Origin: Candidatus Aegiribacteria sp. MLS_C
Lineage (GTDB): Bacteria; Fermentibacterota; Fermentibacteria; Fermentibacterales; JCC-6
Direction of reading: 5' to 3'
Assembly (NCBI GenBank): GCA_002030045.1
Contig: LQBI01000034.1
Span: 41,157-105,156 of the forward strand
DNA length: 64,000 bases
A program made the position numbers and the translations under genes. The notes beneath the pieces were generated by a model. That model had not been told where the DNA came from and ran no database searches. It saw nothing but the letters and a program-made list of their open reading frames with translations. Of this stretch, positions 39,236 through 48,141 are shown in pieces. How positions within the stretch are numbered: position 1 is the first letter of the stretch; every line of letters begins with the position of its first letter.

Positions 39236-39556
39236 TCAGAGCTTGACCACTGACAATGTTCCTGACAATCCTTCGGATGCCCCACGGATGATGTAACTGC
39301 CGGAAGGAACCTCATTACCACACGCATCGCAGCCGTTCCATAGGAACACTCTATCACCGGTGTTATCGAGAGTTCGGACGATGCGACCTGACAGATCGTA
39401 GATATTGAGTTGATTAGGAAGGGGATCTGATATTACTGTGATCTCTGCACTCTCGAAGAAAGGATTTGCAGAGGTGTGGAGGATTAGGTCACCTGAACTG
39501 ATAGGGGATTCTGTCTCCGCTTCGATGCCTTCAAAATCGTGATCGAACCAGCCCAT
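39236..39556 (-). pseudogene. Orphan T9SS type-A/FlgD-Ig-like C-terminal sorting domain (truncated gene remnant)
   Basis: ...LNIYDLSGRIVRTL...WNGCDACGNEVPSGSYII...LSVVKL matches the sorting domains at the C-termini of 41351-43951 and 53900-55951. There is no N-terminal passenger, and G+C is lower. Confidence 0.5.
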
Positions 39557-39755
39557 GACGATCCAGCTACCGCCTACCTCAACACCGTCCCGGACAGACT
39601 CAATTCAGTACGGGACTGCCGCCCCGGGCATTCTCTGCAGCAGACCGTCCGATCGGACCGGAGACTTGTCCAGTGCACACGGCTGGAATATGCTTATTCG
39701 TCCAGAATTGTGGATTCAAGGCTGCGGAGTCGTTCAGAGAGCGGAGTTGACAGGT

Positions 39756-40073
39756 ATGTACAGGCAGAGACTGCCCAGCGTTCCGATGGTCGAGCATGCC
39801 GCCGTTGGGAAGAAGACCGTGGAATGGGAGATCCCGGACAGGGTCGCGGTGGCTCTCGCCTTCATAAAGAACTACGGCTACACGGTGATGGCGAAGGTGA
39901 GGGTCAAGAAGGAGCACTGGTGGAGCCGAAGCTGGACGAATACCGCAGTGCATGCCCCGACCATTGATGAATCCATGGAGAAGTGCATCGAGTTCCTCGA
40001 GAAGCATGGCTACACCGTGGAGTACGACGCGGACCGTCTCGCCGGTCTTCTCGGAACCGGGCCCGATGCATGA
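39756..40073 (+). CDS. Hypothetical protein (about 105 aa)
   Basis: ORF from MYRQRLPSV...; coding-like composition with no recognisable motif. Confidence 0.35.
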   Translation: MYRQRLPSVPMVEHAAVGKKTVEWEIPDRVAVALAFIKNYGYTVMAKVRVKKEHWWSRSWTNTAVHAPTIDESMEKCIEFLEKHGYTVEYDADRLAGLLGTGPDA

Positions 40074-40097
40074 CCAGCCCGATCGCCCGATCGGCGG

Positions 40098-41189
40098 TCA
40101 GGGACCTGTGACCGGAAGCTCGCAGGCGTAGAGTCTGGAACCTTCTGCGAAAACGAGCCAGCTTCCCCGAGGGGTCTCCAGCCCTCGGCAGTAGCTCAGT
40201 TCATAATCCCCGAGGCCATCCAGCAGGACCGCGTCCGGTGATTCGAACTCCTCCCAGTCCATGTTCCCCAGCATGATATCCTCCGGTGAATCGTCAGTGC
40301 TGAAGACGTATTCGCCGTCTGGAAACGCCGCGAGAACCCTGAGTGAAGCGCCGGGGTTCACGATCCGGGTGCCGTCGGCGTATCTTAGGACCTGTACACC
40401 GTTCTTCTCCGCCAGCCACGCATCCGGCAGCACCCAGCTGCACACCACGCCGGAGTGGCCGGGATAGGGGTCCTCGAAGATCATCTCACGGGACACCACG
40501 TCGATCACCATCGAAGCGGGATACCCGCCTGTGGCGGCCAGGTCTGACCACGGATTGACGAAGTAACCGTCATTGACGAGAGTGTCCGGTCCGCCGGTCC
40601 GCTCTGCGGTCCCCGTGTCTATGAGATAGCCTGATATGACGTTCGAATCATCATGCCGAGTCACGTATGCGGCGAAGTCCTCAGGTGTGGGCCGACATCC
40701 GAGAAGTACTCCTCCGAAAAGGTACCCGGAATCGCTGGTGAAATCGAAGCTCGGACTGGTCCCTATGTCCAAGGACAGTGAAGCGATCCGGGCGTTAGAG
40801 CCGTCCGGCCCGCACAGGACCACGATCACCGGTCCGGGGATGAAGGTTCCCTCGATCTGCATACTGTCAGGGAAACGCACCTGCTGGGTGAAGCAGATGG
40901 TGGAACCGTCGGGGCTCGATGCCTGCAGGAGAGTATTGGTATTGCCTGTCCACTCCGGAGTTCCTTCCTCCCAGTCGCAGCTGATAATCTCTACCGAAGC
41001 GGGATCATCCGGGTCGACGCTCCGTATGCTCTCGTCCGGGCCCACGAAGAGAACGGTCCCGTTGCCCAGTGCAAGGAAGGAAGTCGGTCCGTAGTAGGCA
41101 TCGAGAGAGTCGGCAAGCAACAGAGGCTCCACGCGGTACGCTGCCGGCGCCATCGCGATCAGGAGTAAATGGATCAGCGTAAGCATCAC
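40098..41189 (-). CDS. Secreted beta-propeller-like hypothetical protein
   Basis: Signal MMLTLIHLLLIAMAPAA with repeated DG/beta-strand pattern. Confidence 0.6.
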   Translation of the reverse strand: MMLTLIHLLLIAMAPAAYRVEPLLLADSLDAYYGPTSFLALGNGTVLFVGPDESIRSVDPDDPASVEIISCDWEEGTPEWTGNTNTLLQASSPDGSTICFTQQVRFPDSMQIEGTFIPGPVIVVLCGPDGSNARIASLSLDIGTSPSFDFTSDSGYLFGGVLLGCRPTPEDFAAYVTRHDDSNVISGYLIDTGTAERTGGPDTLVNDGYFVNPWSDLAATGGYPASMVIDVVSREMIFEDPYPGHSGVVCSWVLPDAWLAEKNGVQVLRYADGTRIVNPGASLRVLAAFPDGEYVFSTDDSPEDIMLGNMDWEEFESPDAVLLDGLGDYELSYCRGLETPRGSWLVFAEGSRLYACELPVTGP

Positions 41190-41350
41190 TTCAAACCCCT
41201 TTTCATGAACCCTGCGGCAGGTTCATCGGCCACGGGCACAACCGCCCAGTCTCCATCCGACTGATCATAAGATGAAAACGGGCATCGGGTAAGATGCCCG
41301 TTCCGGTAGTGAAGGCAATGGAACCATAATCCGGGATGCTCCGGTCGAGG

Positions 41351-43951
41351 TCACTCGATTATGACCAGCTCCAGCGTCTCCTCGAACCCCGCGGTCCGCA
41401 TGCGGCAGAAGTAGACCCCCGGGACCAGGTTGGCGACGGTGATCTGGTGGCTCCCGGCCGGGAGCGGCCCGTCCATAATGCTCTCCACGACCCTCCCGAC
41501 GACGTCGTAGAGGAGGATCTCGATCTCCTGCTGCTGGGGGACCGACACTCCTATGACGGTGCAGTCCTTCCCGGGGTTGTCTCCGGCATGGAAGAGGTCG
41601 AAGCTCTCGGGGGTCTCCTGCCCGGGAGCGCCGCCCATGTGTACCGGCGGGGCGAACTCCGAGGAGTTCCCCAGGCTGTCGGTAGAGGTTGCGGTGATGG
41701 AGTCGCTGAGCTGGAAGGGGACCTCGGTCACGATGGAGATCACCTGCTGTCCCGGCGAGTGACAGGCTCCCGACCCGAGGTAGATCCTTCCCTGATCCCC
41801 CTGTGAGACGAAGAAATCGAGCTCAAGCGGGAAGGCTGAGTTCCCCGGAAGCGAGGGAACGCTGCAGGTTACGTTCAGAGAAGTGAAGCTGACCGCTACA
41901 TCTGAGACCTCAGGGTAGTTCTGAAGCCTGTTTGCTCCCTGGTCGGGGTCGTCGGGATCGTTGGGTGTGGGACCGTCCTCCCCGAGGTCGATCCCTGCGC
42001 CTTCGTTGGCGAAGACCGAGTTCCTGACAATGGCGTTGCCGTTGTCGGATCTCACGCAGACACCGGACCCTCCGTTGAAGGCTATCGTGTTCGAGCAGCT
42101 GCGACTCCGGCCTCCAACCGTGTTGTTCGGTGAGCCGTCGTCCACGAGGATGCCGTGGATGCCGTTGCCCAGCGGTCCGGTGCCCAGGGACGTGGTGCCT
42201 ATCATGTTTCCCTGAAGAACGTTCCCGCTCGAGTTCCTTATCCTGATGCCGTGTCCGGTGTTGCCGGACACGAGATTGCCGAGACCGGAGGAACAGCCTC
42301 CTATAGTGTTGCCGTCGGCATTGTCGTACAGGTAGATGCCTTCGGATTCGTTGGGAATGGAAGCGGTGCCGGTGATGTCGGTGCCGATGTAGTTTCCCTG
42401 GACAAGGTTGCCCGAGCATCCGGAGATGAAGACCCCGTACTTGTTGCCCGATATCAGGTTCCGATCCGAGGGACCGTTGCCGCCTATCTCGTTGTCGCTG
42501 GAGCCTCCTGCGATGTTGACCCCCCATCCGTTGCCCAATGCGACAGTGCCGGTGGCGTCTGTGCCTATGAAGTTGCCCATAATGTTGTTGTCCGAGCAGC
42601 CGCTGATGGTCACGCCGCAGACTCCGTTGCCGGAGATGATGTTCCTGGACGCAACGGTGGTACCTCCGACTATGTTGGCGTCAGCCCCGCCGGACAGGGA
42701 GACCCCCGAGTAGAGGTTCCCCAGTCCGGAGGTGCCGTGGACATCGGCTCCTATAATGTTGCCCTGGACAATGGCTCCGGTCGATCCCTGAATGTCGATG
42801 CCGTGTACTGCATTGCCGGATATGAGGTTGCCCTGGCCGGCTCCGGTTCCGCCCACTGTGGTGTGGTCGGATGTCCCGAATATGCATATGCCGCTCCAGT
42901 GGTTGCCCGCGGCGTGGATCCCCCCGGAGTCTGTGCCGATATAATTACCTGTAATGCTGTTGTGGGTCGAGCCAGACAGGCTTATCCCGTGTCTGCCGTT
43001 GCCGGAGATGGTGTTGCGCATCTCCGCGGAATCGCCTCCTATGGCGGCGTAGTCACCGGTGCAGCTGACGCCGTTCCCGCCGTTGCCCAGGGGAATGGTG
43101 CCGGTGGCATCGAGACCGATGATGTTGGAGACGACGGTGGAGCGCTGGGAGTACTGGAGGAAGACCCCGTCCTGGGAGTTGCCCGACACCAGGTTGCCCC
43201 CTCCGCCGGGGACGCCGATGGTCTGGTGGTCTCCGCAGGACCTTATGCCGCAGCCACCGTTGGGCACCGCCGCGGTCCCGGAAGCATCTGTACCGATGAA
43301 GTTACCGGTAACGACGCAGCTGTCGCAGTTGACAAGCGATATCCCGTCGCCTTCATTGCCCGATATGACGTTCCTCTCTCCCGGAGTCGTCCCTCCGATG
43401 ATCACTCCGTTGGAAGATGTCTGCTGGACCTGTACGCCGCTGTCCTGGTTGGGTACTGCGGTAGATCCGATGATGTCGAGTCCTATGTAGTTCCCGTCTA
43501 TCCTCGTACCGAAGGAGTTCAGAAGGTAGATACCGACCCTGTCGAAGCCGTTCACAGCCAGTCCGCTCACCCTGCTGCTGTCGCTGTCGGTAAAGAAATA
43601 AAGCCCGCCCACGCCGGATCCGGCCAGGGAGCCGTTAAGCTCTATCATCAGCACGGCGGCGGTGCTGTCCGTGGCTCTGGCGGCTCCCGGCTGGGAGTAG
43701 CCATCGATGACGATCCTGCCTGTGAAGGCCGGCAGCCAGGAGGTAGGGCTTATGGTGTGGGGTCCAGTTCCCGGGATGTCGAAGAGGATGCTGTCCGGTC
43801 CGGTGGAACCGTTGGCGTCCAGAATGGCCTGTCTGAGACTGCCGGGACCCGAATTCCAGGTGCCGGTCACGGTGAAGGTGTCGCAGTCCGCGACCCGGAT
43901 CGCGATGAGAAGGAACAGCAGATGTAACCAGGGCCTCGTCGGGAAATGCAT
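41351..43951 (-). CDS. Large secreted right-handed beta-helix (CASH/NosD-like) repeat protein with T9SS-type C-terminal domain
   Basis: Start MHFPTRPWLHLLFLLIAIRVADC after GAGGAG. About 20 copies of ...N.I.GN.IG.D..G... repeats. Tail ...LLYDVVGRVVE...PGVYFCRM... Confidence 0.8.
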   Translation of the reverse strand: MHFPTRPWLHLLFLLIAIRVADCDTFTVTGTWNSGPGSLRQAILDANGSTGPDSILFDIPGTGPHTISPTSWLPAFTGRIVIDGYSQPGAARATDSTAAVLMIELNGSLAGSGVGGLYFFTDSDSSRVSGLAVNGFDRVGIYLLNSFGTRIDGNYIGLDIIGSTAVPNQDSGVQVQQTSSNGVIIGGTTPGERNVISGNEGDGISLVNCDSCVVTGNFIGTDASGTAAVPNGGCGIRSCGDHQTIGVPGGGGNLVSGNSQDGVFLQYSQRSTVVSNIIGLDATGTIPLGNGGNGVSCTGDYAAIGGDSAEMRNTISGNGRHGISLSGSTHNSITGNYIGTDSGGIHAAGNHWSGICIFGTSDHTTVGGTGAGQGNLISGNAVHGIDIQGSTGAIVQGNIIGADVHGTSGLGNLYSGVSLSGGADANIVGGTTVASRNIISGNGVCGVTISGCSDNNIMGNFIGTDATGTVALGNGWGVNIAGGSSDNEIGGNGPSDRNLISGNKYGVFISGCSGNLVQGNYIGTDITGTASIPNESEGIYLYDNADGNTIGGCSSGLGNLVSGNTGHGIRIRNSSGNVLQGNMIGTTSLGTGPLGNGIHGILVDDGSPNNTVGGRSRSCSNTIAFNGGSGVCVRSDNGNAIVRNSVFANEGAGIDLGEDGPTPNDPDDPDQGANRLQNYPEVSDVAVSFTSLNVTCSVPSLPGNSAFPLELDFFVSQGDQGRIYLGSGACHSPGQQVISIVTEVPFQLSDSITATSTDSLGNSSEFAPPVHMGGAPGQETPESFDLFHAGDNPGKDCTVIGVSVPQQQEIEILLYDVVGRVVESIMDGPLPAGSHQITVANLVPGVYFCRMRTAGFEETLELVIIE

Positions 43952-44141
43952 CGGAATCTCCTCATGCTCGGCCCCGCAGGGGGAGTGGATCGTTTTAGCC
44001 TTTGACCCGGCCGTCTTCACCGATATTCTCTCTACAGGGAAGAGCCTTGTAAATACCACTCGGAAACATAAAGGGAAAGCCCCTCCGTCGGGGGGAGGGG
44101 CCAGCACTTGCGGGGATATATACGGGTGTGTCAGGAAATGC

Positions 44142-44309
44142 TCAGGTACCCCTTACCATGCAGCCTCCGGGTCCGGATGCATTCTGGCATGAACCCACCA
44201 TGGGACCCTTGAAACCGGGTCCCTTGCAGAATGTGAGGACCGTTTCCTCCACCATGAGCTTAACGCGTTCAAGAGCGGGTCTGACGTATTTCTTCCTGGT
44301 TTCCTTCAT
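44142..44309 (-). CDS. Candidate RiPP precursor peptide A1 (55 aa)
   Basis: MKETRKKYVRPALERVKLMVEETVLTFCKGPGFKGPMVGSCQNASGPGGCMVRGT, about 65% identical to the peptide at 46291-46458. Last gene of the rSAM cluster. Confidence 0.6.
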   Translation of the reverse strand: MKETRKKYVRPALERVKLMVEETVLTFCKGPGFKGPMVGSCQNASGPGGCMVRGT

Positions 44310-44418
44310 AGCCTTCCACCGGATCCTTTGAGTGAACCTGTACCATAATCCTCTATTTGGTTTCCTCCAACTATTCCCGACCTGATAGGTAAGTTGTTCT
44401 ATCATTCCAACACTGTTA

Positions 44419-45360
44419 TCAGCTGAAAGTTCCTCGGGGCGTTGCACCGTCACTTCTCGGAATAACGGTGTCCCATTTCATGGTGAGCGTACTCCCGGCG
44501 TCCCAGGATGACTGCTCCGGGGCAGGACACTCGCGAAACCCCATGGAGGAGTAGAGCCGCAGGGCCCTGCGGTTGTCCCTCCTGACCGCAAGGCGGAGAT
44601 CACCACTTCCGGAGGAGGCCGCCTGTTCTATGACCAAGGCGGTAAGCATCCTGCCGATACCGGCCCCGCGCAGGGGACGGGCAACCTTCATTCCGAAGAG
44701 CCAGTCACAGCCGGAGAGTGGCGTATCCGGTCCGAACCTGACCAGCTGCGCCGAGCCGACGGTCCTTCCCAGGATGACGGCGTTGAAGGAAACCCAGGAG
44801 ACGTCACCGTTACTAGAAGCCCCCTTTTCCGGGGCATATGTCCGGGTGTACTTCACCAGGGGTCTCACCAGTAGCGAGTAAAGCCTCCGCAGCGGGCGGG
44901 CGAATGTCAGCATGGAAACAGCCATGCCGGCTGCACGGACCCCGTGGTGCCTTGCCCGCCTCAGGACGAAGGACATTCTCAGCGCCAAACCTGTCCCCGG
45001 CGTCATGGACAGGTCGAGTTCCCTCCCGCTCCTCCTGGCGGAGACGACCCTGCCTATTACATCCTCGATACGGATGCTGTATGTGGACCAGGGGCTGGCG
45101 TCGCAGCTCATGGTGATGCTCGAACCGTCCAGGGACCTGAGACGGTGCACGGTGCAACCTCCCCCGGCGGTGCGGTGAAGCAGGACATCGCCCCTTTCAG
45201 GGCTCTTGCCGGTGACGCCCTCGGCCACCAGCAGGTCTCCGTCCCTTATGGTAGGAAACATGCTGGACCCGGAGGCGAAGAACGGGAGCCTTCCTCCCCT
45301 GCTCAGAACCGTATCGGCAAGTTCGGCGAGATCCCGGGAATCCAGGCTCAGATTCTGCAT
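44419..45360 (-). CDS. Fusion protein: S24/S26 (SipW/LexA-like) peptidase domain plus GNAT acetyltransferase domain
   Basis: FFASGSSMFPTIRDGDLL (nucleophile Ser) and CTVHRL in place of the LexA KR motif. C-terminal GAGIGRMLTALVIEQA...ALRLYSSMGF is GNAT motif A. Confidence 0.75.
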   Translation of the reverse strand: MQNLSLDSRDLAELADTVLSRGGRLPFFASGSSMFPTIRDGDLLVAEGVTGKSPERGDVLLHRTAGGGCTVHRLRSLDGSSITMSCDASPWSTYSIRIEDVIGRVVSARRSGRELDLSMTPGTGLALRMSFVLRRARHHGVRAAGMAVSMLTFARPLRRLYSLLVRPLVKYTRTYAPEKGASSNGDVSWVSFNAVILGRTVGSAQLVRFGPDTPLSGCDWLFGMKVARPLRGAGIGRMLTALVIEQAASSGSGDLRLAVRRDNRRALRLYSSMGFRECPAPEQSSWDAGSTLTMKWDTVIPRSDGATPRGTFS

Positions 45361-46238
45361 TCCAGGAAATCCACCACACCTTTGTCGGGCACGAAGCGGA
45401 GTTCTCCGAAGGCAACCCGTTCCTCTGTCTCTTCGCAGAACCGGAGGCTGAACTCCATTCCCTCCCTGCTCCAGACAGGCAGGAAGCTCCTCCGGAGGAG
45501 CATGGACACCGCACGGGCGCCACTCACCGGAGCAAGCACGTTCTTCCGTCCATGGAAGAGGAAGCTGACTGCGGTCAGGGGGACCCCCTCCGCGGACACG
45601 TCGGACATGTCGCCGTGCCAGGGAGTGCCGTACATGGCGATGGCCCCCTCCCTCTCCCTCAGTATTATTCTATCGTCGTTGAGGATGCGGGCCCGGTCCC
45701 TCCAGAGAGAAGCCATTGTGGACTTGCCGTGGGTGGAGTTGCCGGGGAAGAGCAGTCCCCTGCCCCCGCTCTCGAGGCCGCAGGCGTGCACCATGAGCCC
45801 CAGGCCGCGGGACAGCAGGAGGACCATGAGTACCTCTGAGAGAGGGAACTCCAGCGGGTCGCGCTCCCCTTCGAGGAGGGAATGACCGCCCCGTCCTGCT
45901 ATGGTCCACACGTCTCCGGTGGTGAGTCCTTCATCGAAGGAGGCGAGCCTGTACGGGGTCCCTCCCATTACAGGGGACCTAAGCAGCATGTGGATGCCGC
46001 CCCCCCCCTCCCAGAGGCTCCATACAGTGTTCGAGTCGAAAACCTTGCGGCTGGAGGGAGGAAGCAGCTCCTCCAGCTCACGAGGCGAATCGTGCACATT
46101 GAGCGCCAGGTCCGCCTCCGCTGCCGATCGGTGGAAATCCCTGTATCGTCCCTCGTTCAGGGCTCCCATGTACCGGGAAGGGCCTGTAATGGAGAAAACA
46201 AGGCCGCCAATGGAAAGGTAGACCGTACTCTCGCTCAT
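45348..46238 (-). CDS. HPr-kinase-related (HprK-like) kinase
   Basis: P-loop FPGNSTHGKSTMA and ...MYGTPWHGD resemble the HPrK C-terminal domain family. Confidence 0.75.
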   Translation of the reverse strand: MSESTVYLSIGGLVFSITGPSRYMGALNEGRYRDFHRSAAEADLALNVHDSPRELEELLPPSSRKVFDSNTVWSLWEGGGGIHMLLRSPVMGGTPYRLASFDEGLTTGDVWTIAGRGGHSLLEGERDPLEFPLSEVLMVLLLSRGLGLMVHACGLESGGRGLLFPGNSTHGKSTMASLWRDRARILNDDRIILREREGAIAMYGTPWHGDMSDVSAEGVPLTAVSFLFHGRKNVLAPVSGARAVSMLLRRSFLPVWSREGMEFSLRFCEETEERVAFGELRFVPDKGVVDFLECRI

Positions 46239-46290
46239 GCTGCCACCGGTTTTCGAAGGATCCCGACGGGAGAGTGTTCCGGGAACCGGC

Positions 46291-46458
46291 TCAGGTTCCT
46301 CTTACCTGGCAGGGCTGAGGGGAGCCGGAAGTCCGGCATGCAGAAACACCGGGCCCCTTGAAGCCGGGCCCCTTGCAGAAAGTGAGTACGATCTCCTCCA
46401 CCATCAGCCGCACCCGGCTGATGCAGGGTCTTTCATACTTCTTCCTGGATTTTTCCAC
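46291..46458 (-). CDS. Candidate RiPP precursor peptide A2 (55 aa, GTG start; absent from the ORF track)
   Basis: Manual translation gives (M)EKSRKKYERPCISRVRLMVEEIVLTFCKGPGFKGPGVSACRTSGSPQPCQVRGT. GGAG lies 7 nt upstream of the GTG. Same length as A1. Confidence 0.6.
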   Translation of the reverse strand: MEKSRKKYERPCISRVRLMVEEIVLTFCKGPGFKGPGVSACRTSGSPQPCQVRGT

Positions 46459-46493
46459 TGGTGATCTCCGTATCCGTTATGCGTAAGTATTAT

Positions 46494-47591
46494 TCACTTT
46501 ACCTTATTATATGGATGACGGTCGCCGAGGCCAAGTGCCTCGGCCCGGAGCAGGGCGGTGCGGCAGAGGTACTCCACCCTGGCCTCCGGGTCCCCGTGCT
46601 CCAGGTACCCCCATGCGGGGCACTGGCCGCACAGTGACCTGAGCCTGCAGGTCCTGCAGGGCGGATCACTGGCCCACTGCCTGGAGAGCACCTCCGGCAC
46701 GAAGGACCTCCATCCCTCCCTGAAGGAACCCTCCGGAATGCTGTAGGTCCTGTCCCTGGACATCATGCAGACTCTGAGCATGCCGAAGGCGTCCACATGG
46801 AAGGTGTTCATTCCGGCCCCGCACTGGTATATGCTTCCGGAACCGTCCTCCGAGGCTGCGAAGTCCTCCGCCAGCTCGCGGCATTCCTGCATCCTCTCCT
46901 CGTCCCTCGCGTCCAGCTCCACGGTCTCCTCCGGAGTCAGTCTGTAGCGCAGGGGGGAGTGATCGCCGTCAAGACCGCTGTTTATTGCCGTGTCGAACCT
47001 GAACTGTATGCCGTAGTCCTTCGCCAGGGTCTTCATGGAGCCTATCTCATGCGAGTTCAGGGTCATGACCATGGTCTTGAGGCCGACCCTGACGCCCCTG
47101 TCAAGCAGCCTCTCCAGTCCCGCGAGAGCCATTCCAAGCGAGCCGGGAACGCCGGTGACCCGCCTGGAGGTGGCCTCGGTGGAGCCGTAGATGGAGATCT
47201 CCACCAGATACGGTGGCATGGATGCCAGGAAATCCGCGGTATCATCGGTTATGAGGGTGCCGTTGGTGAAGAGCATGGGCAGGATGCCCCTCGATTTCAC
47301 GTGCCCGTATACTTCCCTGAAATCGGGTCTCAGAAGGGGCTCCCCGCCGGTGAGCAGCAGCCACAGGCAGCCCTCGTCGGCGATCTGGTCGATGACGTCC
47401 ATGAGGGCTTCCGTTCCCAGTCCGGGTTCCGGTTCCCTGGATCCCGAAATATAGCAGTGGACGCACCGGAGGTTGCACCTGGAAGTCAGCTCCATGGTCC
47501 CGGAGATGGGGATGCGGTCCCTCAGCGCTCCCCTGTAGAGCCTGTTCCTGAAGTGAAGGTAGCCGGAATCCGGAAGGCTGGGACAGTCCAA
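46494..47591 (-). CDS. Radical SAM enzyme with C-terminal SPASM domain (peptide maturase type)
   Basis: CNLRCVHCY (CxxxCxxC), and SPASM cysteines ...YQCGAG...RVCM... and CRTCRLRSLCGQCPAWGY. Confidence 0.9.
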   Translation of the reverse strand: MDCPSLPDSGYLHFRNRLYRGALRDRIPISGTMELTSRCNLRCVHCYISGSREPEPGLGTEALMDVIDQIADEGCLWLLLTGGEPLLRPDFREVYGHVKSRGILPMLFTNGTLITDDTADFLASMPPYLVEISIYGSTEATSRRVTGVPGSLGMALAGLERLLDRGVRVGLKTMVMTLNSHEIGSMKTLAKDYGIQFRFDTAINSGLDGDHSPLRYRLTPEETVELDARDEERMQECRELAEDFAASEDGSGSIYQCGAGMNTFHVDAFGMLRVCMMSRDRTYSIPEGSFREGWRSFVPEVLSRQWASDPPCRTCRLRSLCGQCPAWGYLEHGDPEARVEYLCRTALLRAEALGLGDRHPYNKVK

Positions 47592-47592
47592 G

Positions 47593-47904
47593 TCAGTTCC
47601 CCGGGGACCCTTCTGCCTCGAGGACGCGGTGGATTGCGCCCGCCGCCAGCAGCTCCTCCGCGTACTCCTCCAGGTCGGCCAGGACTGTGTCGATATCCAC
47701 CTGGAACTCCTCCACGAAGGTCACGGCTATCTCGTAGATGCTTCGGACGCCGTCGATGGAATTCCAGAACCTCGCGCCCGTCTCGTTGAGGACGAAGATG
47801 CTGTCGGTCTCGTCGGCGTTCCTGCTTATGGGGACGAGTATCGTTTCCCCGGCGATCTCCCTGAATACCATTCCAGGGTCCCGCCTGAAGATGATCTCCT
47901 GCAT
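47593..47904 (-). CDS. PqqD-family RiPP recognition element protein
   Basis: 103 aa. ...FREIAGETILVP...FVLNETGARFWNSIDGVRSIYEI... matches the PqqD fold pattern. Stop lies 1 nt from the rSAM start. Confidence 0.8.
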   Translation of the reverse strand: MQEIIFRRDPGMVFREIAGETILVPISRNADETDSIFVLNETGARFWNSIDGVRSIYEIAVTFVEEFQVDIDTVLADLEEYAEELLAAGAIHRVLEAEGSPGN

Positions 47905-48141
47905 TTGATGCCTTCCTGTTGGTCGGTCCCGTGCTACAACAATACAGGCCCCGGCCGGTTCCTGTCAAAAAGCAACGGGCAGACGGGCCTTCCAGGCAAG
48001 CGCAGCGTCAGGGAGCATGGCAAACCATCGCGCAGCCAAATGGGAACATGGACGCGGAGCGAAGCTCTTAGAATAATTCGGGCGATAGCCGATTCGGCGG
48101 CCGGGCTTTTCGGGCCGTCATCATCATGCGAGGGAGGACGT

